DNA from: Eledone cirrhosa
Lineage: Eukaryota
NCBI GenBank assembly: GCA_964016885.1
Contig: OZ024740.1
Location: 326,926,001-326,990,000 of the forward strand
Direction: 5' to 3'
DNA length: 64,000 nt
This document shows positions 56,392 through 64,000 of this stretch, piece after piece. The position numbers and the translations under genes are program-made. Position 1 is the first letter of the stretch. Each line of letters opens with the position of its first letter. The notes beneath the pieces are model-generated. The model saw nothing but the letters and a program-made list of their open reading frames with translations, did not search any database and was not told the origin of the DNA.

Positions 56392-57238
56392 CCGATTACC
56401 GATTGATCGGCAACCGATTATCTATAATGTAATTAGATGTTGTGATATATAAATGTGTATTATAATCAATTGTAAATAATATGTTTAGATGTTTCGTACT
56501 TAATAGTAACTAAAGAGTTATAATTTAAGTAGAAATGAAGACGTAATTAGACTGATATATTGTAGGAATAAACATATACAAGCCTGCTTTGTATATGGAG
56601 AAAATTTGAGATTTTTATATTATAATTTACGAGTTCTTAAATTGAATCATAACATGATAATTTTTGTTTGAGGAAGTTAAGATAAATGAAATCAATATAA
56701 CGGAAAATTAAAATAAACATGTAATCGGAATTTGTATAATTTTAAGATTGATTCCTCTTTAAAAGATCAATCAAACATATATCCTCGGAGGTGAGAAAGA
56801 GTGTCTCTCCTCGATTTTGACTCACATTAACCTATGGAGAATTACGTGCTCTGGCAGTCTCAAGTAATTTCCAGTTGTGTAGATCAGCACATAAGGTACT
56901 AGGAACAGAGATACATTACACTGATGAGCTTAAATTATATGTATTATTTATAGACCTTGAATCCAATATATTCTCTAAATTATTCTGCCACATGATTTTC
57001 ATGCTTCAAAAAACAGTGTCCAATTATCAAGCCATATTAATCGACAACATGGCCGTTATGGCCAATGCTGATTGTTTGCTGATTAATCAGTGCAACCCTA
57101 ATACATACACCCTCACACACACACATATATATATATTTATATATATATATAAAATTTTCTATATTAAAACATTTATACTCTGCTATGTATTGAGTACCTT
57201 ACTTACTGTGGTTACCCCCGATTCAACCCGGAATAACC

Positions 57239-57359
<121 letters not shown>

Positions 57360-57473
57360 TTAGTAATATTTGTATTTTAATATTAATAACTCTGGAAAAT
57401 TATATCCTGTAGAGTGCTTCCAATCTACTGTAAAACTCATTCTTTGATGTACTCATTGAATCTTGTTTAACTC

Positions 57474-57516
<43 letters not shown>

Positions 57517-57566
57517 CAATAATTCAAGACTAAGAAATTGTCTGAAATTTTACCAGCTTCATGTAG

Positions 57567-57689
<123 letters not shown>

Positions 57690-57781
57690 CGCATAATAAT
57701 TCTAGGGTAAAAAATTGTCTAGAATTTTACCATCGTTATGTAAGTTCTTACACTTGCTATCCGATTTTTCTGTGGCAATGC

Positions 57782-57819
<38 letters not shown>

Positions 57820-58002
57820 ATACTTGGGGAAGGTCATATTGTTGTAATAATATTGCCAGAAATAATAACAGGACACACTCACTGTTGGTTGGTTTTCGCT
57901 TCTGTATCTTTTATATCTCCATAGTTAATTTATTTGGCAATCAATGTTTATTATTGATAGACCAACGGTTAAAAATACAGATATAAATATATATATATAG
58001 TC

Positions 58003-58046
58003 TATCAAAGTTCTTTCGTTGCACATCTGCAACATCATCAGTGGTA
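58003..58046 (-). ncRNA. Type I hammerhead, family of the 17.4-kb element (host fragment about 57812-58400)
   Basis: tacca-CTGATGA-t-gttgca.gatg.tgcaac-GAAA-gaac-TT-tgata; element end tattgttatactt.gg.a.ggtcat shared with 17423. Confidence 0.7.
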
Positions 58047-58410
58047 CTATTATGTTCCCTCCTATTGTATTGTATTGTAATGTCTACGCCATTTTTATCT
58101 TATTTATTTATTTATTTTTTCTTGCCTCCGTTACTGCGCATGCGTTTGCGTGTGTGTATAATGTTTGGTGTGTGTGTTCGTGTTTGAGTGTCTGTGTGGT
58201 TTTGTATTCTATCTTTGTTTACTAGTGTGTGTTTATATGTGTTTGTTGTTATTGTACTTGTGTATATATTTATTTATTTATTTATTTATTTATATTTCCC
58301 TTAAGTCAGTATTGTTTGATTGGGTATGGTTGTTGTTTTTTCTGTTTAACTTATATATATTTATCCTTATCGATCCCTCTTTGGATTTTAGACTTCACAT
58401 CTATTATTAT

Positions 58411-58472
<62 letters not shown>

Positions 58473-59059
58473 ATCGATGGTAAGTATCGATCTTCCAATA
58501 CCTTTATGTAAGTAAATTCACTTACTCTCAGATCTTATGTCATTGCGCCCATATAATTGTAGAAACACTCATAATATGTAAATATATTTGTCTAGACAAT
58601 TTCCTACCCTTGAATTATTGAAAATTCTTAAATTCAATATTAGTAGAGCTGACTTTAGTTTCTGTGACTATCCCTAGCAATTTGGTTAATCTATACTTTT
58701 CTCAGACAATATGATTAATAATTGTACATATTAATCAACATTTTTGCTAGAAGGCTTTCCAAATATTTATTATACGAAATTCACATTTCAAGCAATTCTA
58801 CTTTCAAGCTGAGCCAGCTTGTACAGCTACATCTACATAGGCGAAAAACAACTATGTATTTTTGCCTGTTTCAAGAGAGCGAGGAAAGCACTGTCCTGGT
58901 TACAACCAGAGCCAGAAACACGCTGGCAGTTGTCCCCCGCTACTTCTGGAATCCTCTAGACGGTGCTAGCAGTCAGCTTTTCAATATTCATAACTACAAG
59001 GATTTCCAAATGTTTATATGTTTATTCGTAAACATATCGTATGTCATTAGATATACAAA

Positions 59060-59233
<174 letters not shown>

Positions 59234-59370
59234 GTAGAACACTGGAAAGTAATATCCGTAGTGGTAGAGCACTCAGTCCATGGGACGAGTTTGGTAGAAG
59301 TAGTAACACAACAGAGATATATATGTGTGTGTGTGTGTATATATATATATGTATATATATATGTATATAT

Positions 59371-59400
<30 letters not shown>

Positions 59401-59402
<2 letters not shown>

Positions 59403-59870
59403 GCAAAAGATCTATTTAAATTGTTGGGATACAACAAGCAGATATTTTTATAACTGATATAAAGCACTCAACAAGTATTTGGAGTAAACATACGATATTA
59501 ACAAATGGAAACTATATTTATAAAACCATATCTATTTTATTATACATATTTCAAGGACACCATGTTAAATTATGGTATGCTTTCATCAGACAAAATACAA
59601 TATATATCGGTTTTATAAATAAATATTGACATACCCTTACAAAATGCAACCATTACTGTTGGAAGACTCCAGGATAGTCTTCCAACAGTAATGGAGTCTT
59701 CCAACAGTAATGGTTGCATTTTGTAAGGGTATGTCAATATTTATTTATAAAACCGATATATATTGTATTTTGTCTGATGAAAGCATACCATAATTTAACA
59801 TGGTGTCCTTGAAATATGTATAATAAAATAGATATGGTTTTATAAATATAGTTTCCATTTGTTAATATCG

Positions 59871-59872
<2 letters not shown>
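59401..59872. mobile_element. Fold-back PLE insertion: perfect 180-bp arms 59491-59670 and 59693-59872, tail 59401-59490, in (TA)n
   Basis: Arms are exact reverse complements by eye; 22-nt spacer. Confidence 0.92.
59766..59830 (+). ncRNA. Type I hammerhead ribozyme (mirror 59533-59597, minus)
   Basis: tattttgt-CTGATGA-aag-c-ataccat..atggtgt-c-ctt-GAAA-tatgta-TA-ataaaata; cut after 59822. Confidence 0.88.
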
Positions 59873-59910
<38 letters not shown>

Positions 59911-60628
59911 TGTGTGTGTGTGTGTATGTTTGTGTGCTTCTATATATGCGTGTATCTACATACATATAAATACGTATGTATATTTATATATACATAAAGT
60001 GTATTTGAAATAAGTGCTATCCAACGCTAATGAACATATGTATATATATTCATTTTTATGTGTGTCCATATATATATAGGCTCAATTGACGTGAAGTGTT
60101 TAACCTTGATTACACCATAATTCGTTGATTGCGGTAATAAAATACAACATTGACAACTAACATCAATATGACAGTATATATATATATATATATAAATGTG
60201 TGTGTGTGTATGTGTGTGTGTATATATATATGTGTGTGTGTATATGTATATATATATATAAATCAAAATGGCGAGCTGTGTTGTTGCAATTAAGTATAAT
60301 GAAAAAAAATATATATATATATACATATATATGCAAGCCAACACATACATACGAAACACTCAGACACACACACATATATTAATTTATGCCACTGTTCATC
60401 TGTTCATTAGCGTTTGATTGTTGGTATATATTTTATTAGATTTCTGTCAAATGTCAGCAGTGTCACGTAGATAATCATTTCACATTCCATATATCATATA
60501 TCTTCTTCGTGTACTCAAATATGACTTGCACCTATGAGTTATGGCTTAGATTTCATGATAATTCATCCTGCCGTTCAGAAACAATAAAAAACTTATTAAC
60601 ATCTATTTAGTTTACAACTTATTAGGTT

Positions 60629-60756
<128 letters not shown>

Positions 60757-60846
60757 GGTAAAGAGAATTAACAAAAATAACAAAATAAACGGCACAGTAC
60801 ATGGAAGAAATATATTAGTTTCACACTTGAAATAGTAGAAAGAGAT

Positions 60847-60875
60847 TCCTAACTTTTCGGAGACTCATCAGAAGA
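60847..60875 (-). ncRNA. Ultra-minimal hammerhead (29 nt)
   Basis: tctt-CTGATGA-gtctcc-GAAA-ag-TT-agga; same downstream tail as 42925. Confidence 0.55.
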
Positions 60876-61358
60876 TAGAATTAGAAATTAAAGATAAATA
60901 AAAAAGTAAAGAGTGATGATTGGAAGGAACGGGGAGAAAAGAAACACAAGTGTGTGTGTGTTTTTGAACATGTGTATTCACACACATGTACAAAAACACA
61001 CACACACCACGTGCGCAATCCTATATATAAAGACTCTCTTCTATCACGAATGACTATGGGTTTTGCAACTGGCAAGTTCCTCATCGATGAACAAAGCAGG
61101 GCAAGTTGTTTTTGTAGTAGGCCAGCAGTTGCTCAAGCATACTACTCTCCTCATTCCACTTAGCACTAGTGACGTTGCAATTCATTTCTACAGCCGATTG
61201 AACTGGAGCTACGTGAAATAAAGTGTCTTGCTCAAGGACAAAACGTTTCGCCTGATCCGGATATCAAACAATGTTGAACGATGAAACAAAAGTCAAAGTT
61301 TTTAAGATCATTTCAGAAGATAACTTCCTACAGTGACTAATGGATAGTAGTTATGTAA

Positions 61359-61479
<121 letters not shown>

Positions 61480-61495
61480 ATATATATATATATAG

Positions 61496-62037
61496 ATAGA
61501 TTTTGAGTTTATGTTGGTTGTATACCAACACCTCAGTATGCAGGCTGGAGCACTCGACGAAGTGCGCAGGTTGGTTTGGTTACTCCGGAGTAGTGTAAAA
61601 TAAAGTTAAATAAAAGTCTAATGATTAAAATTTAGCTTCGTTTATTACTGCTATATATATTTCAGTGACAGCCATCTTTGGCTGTGACCTCTTCAGGCAG
61701 TTTGAATTAGTATGGTATAGACAAGTACATATGTTGTTTAGGTGTATGATATTGTCAATACTCTGATATGCCCAGTTCCTTGTTGGGTTGTTAATTCACT
61801 GAGGAACTGGAGTCATATGACTCCAGTTCCCCAGTGAATTAACAACCCAACAAGGAACTGGGCATATCAGAGTATTGACAATATCATACACCTAAACAAC
61901 ATATGTACTTGTCTATACCATACTAATTCAAACTGCCTGAAGAGGTCACAGCCAAAGATGGCTGTCACTGAAATATATATAGCAGTAATAAACGAAGCTA
62001 AATTTTAATCATTAGACTTTTATTTAACTTTATTTTA
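61496..62037. mobile_element. Spacerless fold-back PLE-type insertion: 221-bp arms 61596-61816 and 61817-62037, tail about 61496-61595, between (TA)n
   Basis: Centre ...ggagtcat|atgactcc...; one mismatch seen (61802/61831). Confidence 0.92.
61932..61986 (+). ncRNA. Type I hammerhead ribozyme (mirror 61647-61701, minus)
   Basis: actgc-CTGAAGA-gg-tc-acagcca.aaga.tggctgt-ca-ct-GAAA-tatata-TA-gcagt; cut after 61981. Confidence 0.88.
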
Positions 62038-62159
62038 TATATATATATATATATATTTATTTTATTAAGACTAAATAGTGAAGATTCTTACACTGGAGTT
62101 TCGCCTGCTTCTCACAAGGTCATCAGACAAGAACGGATGTATCTCCCCCCCTCTCTCTC

Positions 62160-62258
<99 letters not shown>

Positions 62259-64000
62259 GTGTCTATGCACATTTTTCAGAAGCTCAAGCAGATTCATTTT
62301 CACCTGTTTTCCAAGTTATCAGGATCTTGATAATTTTGGCCACTGACCCCAGAGAAACTCTTTTGCCAAGCATCGAGTGTCTGTTGCCGTTGATCAATGG
62401 GTGACTCTTTCGCCAAGTTTTCTCATTCGTTATGCTGCTTCATGTGGCTTCACATGTGAGCCTGTGCTGCGAGGCAGTTGGGTGTAATGTCTCACTAAAG
62501 GAAAGTCAGTATTTTGTTCCAGGACGGTTCATTTCCACATTCGCTACTAATCCCTACATTCAGAGGCGGTTAATCCACTATCCGCCACTTAGGGAACCCA
62601 CCGTATAGGAGCTATCCTTCTTGATTCTACCGCTTTGCATGTAAAAGACCACAGGTGATGATGATGATGATATATCATATATACATTTATGTAAGGAAAC
62701 GGAATTCAGATGTCATGACGTTCAATATATTAACAGCGTAAATGAAGTGAAATATTTTCAATGAAAAATTGAAATCAGAATACAGATTCAGGTAATCGGG
62801 AGCTTATGCTTTACTGTACAGTGGCTACCCATTACGCGAGACTGCATTAATATATTATATAACGTAACCATTGAATGGTGTTCTCTGATGTTCTGTCTGC
62901 TACTTAAATGCATTAGTGAGTCACCAAAAAATTACTCCTTTATAGTAAACAGTTATGAATATATTTTGTTTCATTTTCTTCCTGTTTTATATCTATTTTG
63001 TTTCGGTTCTACATTACCATACTTAAATTTGTATTCAACCCACTTCAACAAAAACAGCATTACATCAAATAAAGAATTTTCCAATTAAATATTGTCCCTC
63101 TGTAAAGAGAAACCTTATTTCCCTTATCATTTTGATAATATATTTTACCATTATGGCTTTCTCTGAACATTATGCAATCTTTTCATAACCTGAATTGTAA
63201 TATAAATCCAACCAATTTCGATATAAAATTCGCGATCAACAAGAAATTATATTTTCAGTTTTCTCATTACAGTTAGTTGTCTAACCTAGGCAATCATCAA
63301 TGACAAAAATAAGATAAAATAAAAAGAAGAAAATAATTCCAATATAATTAGCATTGATATCCTATTTATAATACAGCTGGCTTTCTCCAATGTAGATTTT
63401 AATTCTCTGAAGAATAAAAAGCTACAAATTTCTTATGCATTTTTCATTTAGTTCATCTGATGTTTAATCAAAATGTCAATTATTCATACGCCAGACAAAA
63501 TATTCGTTCCTGTTAGCATTTCATTTTTGATTTTTTTTTTGTTTTATATAGTCGGAAAAGCAAAAACCTGGAATGGATAGCAGCATTAAGAATATATCAA
63601 TTTTAACACTTTAAAGGCAAGCTATAAATGATAAAAAGAGTTGCCATCCACCCCAGGCACATGCAAATATTTATCACGTAAAGTTGCCATTACACCCGTT
63701 GTTTTAAAAAAAGGAAGATTAGAGTCGATGCATTATGCTTTGAAATACAACAATATGTATACATGATCCATTAAAATATTTAAGCAATCCTTATTAACCA
63801 ACATTCGTTTACCTCTTAAGATTTCCATATATAGGCTTCTATGGAGGATTAAGATTTAAAAGGTTCATCTCAAAAGTGTTCTGACTTTCAACATTTTATA
63901 TCTATAGGGACAGTAACTATACCCATGCCTATATGAGCATTTGTTTGTGTTTTTTGAAGTGCTATATGAGACATTTCTAATTCCTACACTTATATGTAAG

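Overview
AT-rich, microsatellite-saturated eukaryotic DNA with no confidently recognisable host gene. The repeat inventory (tRNA-derived SINEs with a Nin/Deu-type core, RTE, CR1, CRE and Tx1 LINEs, long (TA)n/(CA)n/(GA)n tracts) suggests an octopus or other coleoid mollusc; this is an inference. Most listed ORFs are microsatellite artefacts. The real coding remnants are a Tx1/L1-group RT ORF (3-1490), Naiad-like Penelope-like element (PLE) RT/GIY-YIG pieces, and RTE, CRE and CR1 3' ends. The strongest hidden signal is a dense set of PLE-type 3' ends inserted in (TA)n tracts. Many form head-to-head fold-back palindromes (arms about 30 bp to 1.4 kb), and most carry a type I hammerhead ribozyme (HHR) fold. 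I count about 17 complete HHR folds, including mirror copies, from about 6 families. One recurrent group has a non-canonical core, CCG-N-N-GA instead of CUGANGA (U4C), usually with a palindromic CAAUUG stem III and often an expanded stem II. Several inversion junctions fall inside the ribozyme's stem II. All folds were paired by eye and none has been tested for activity.
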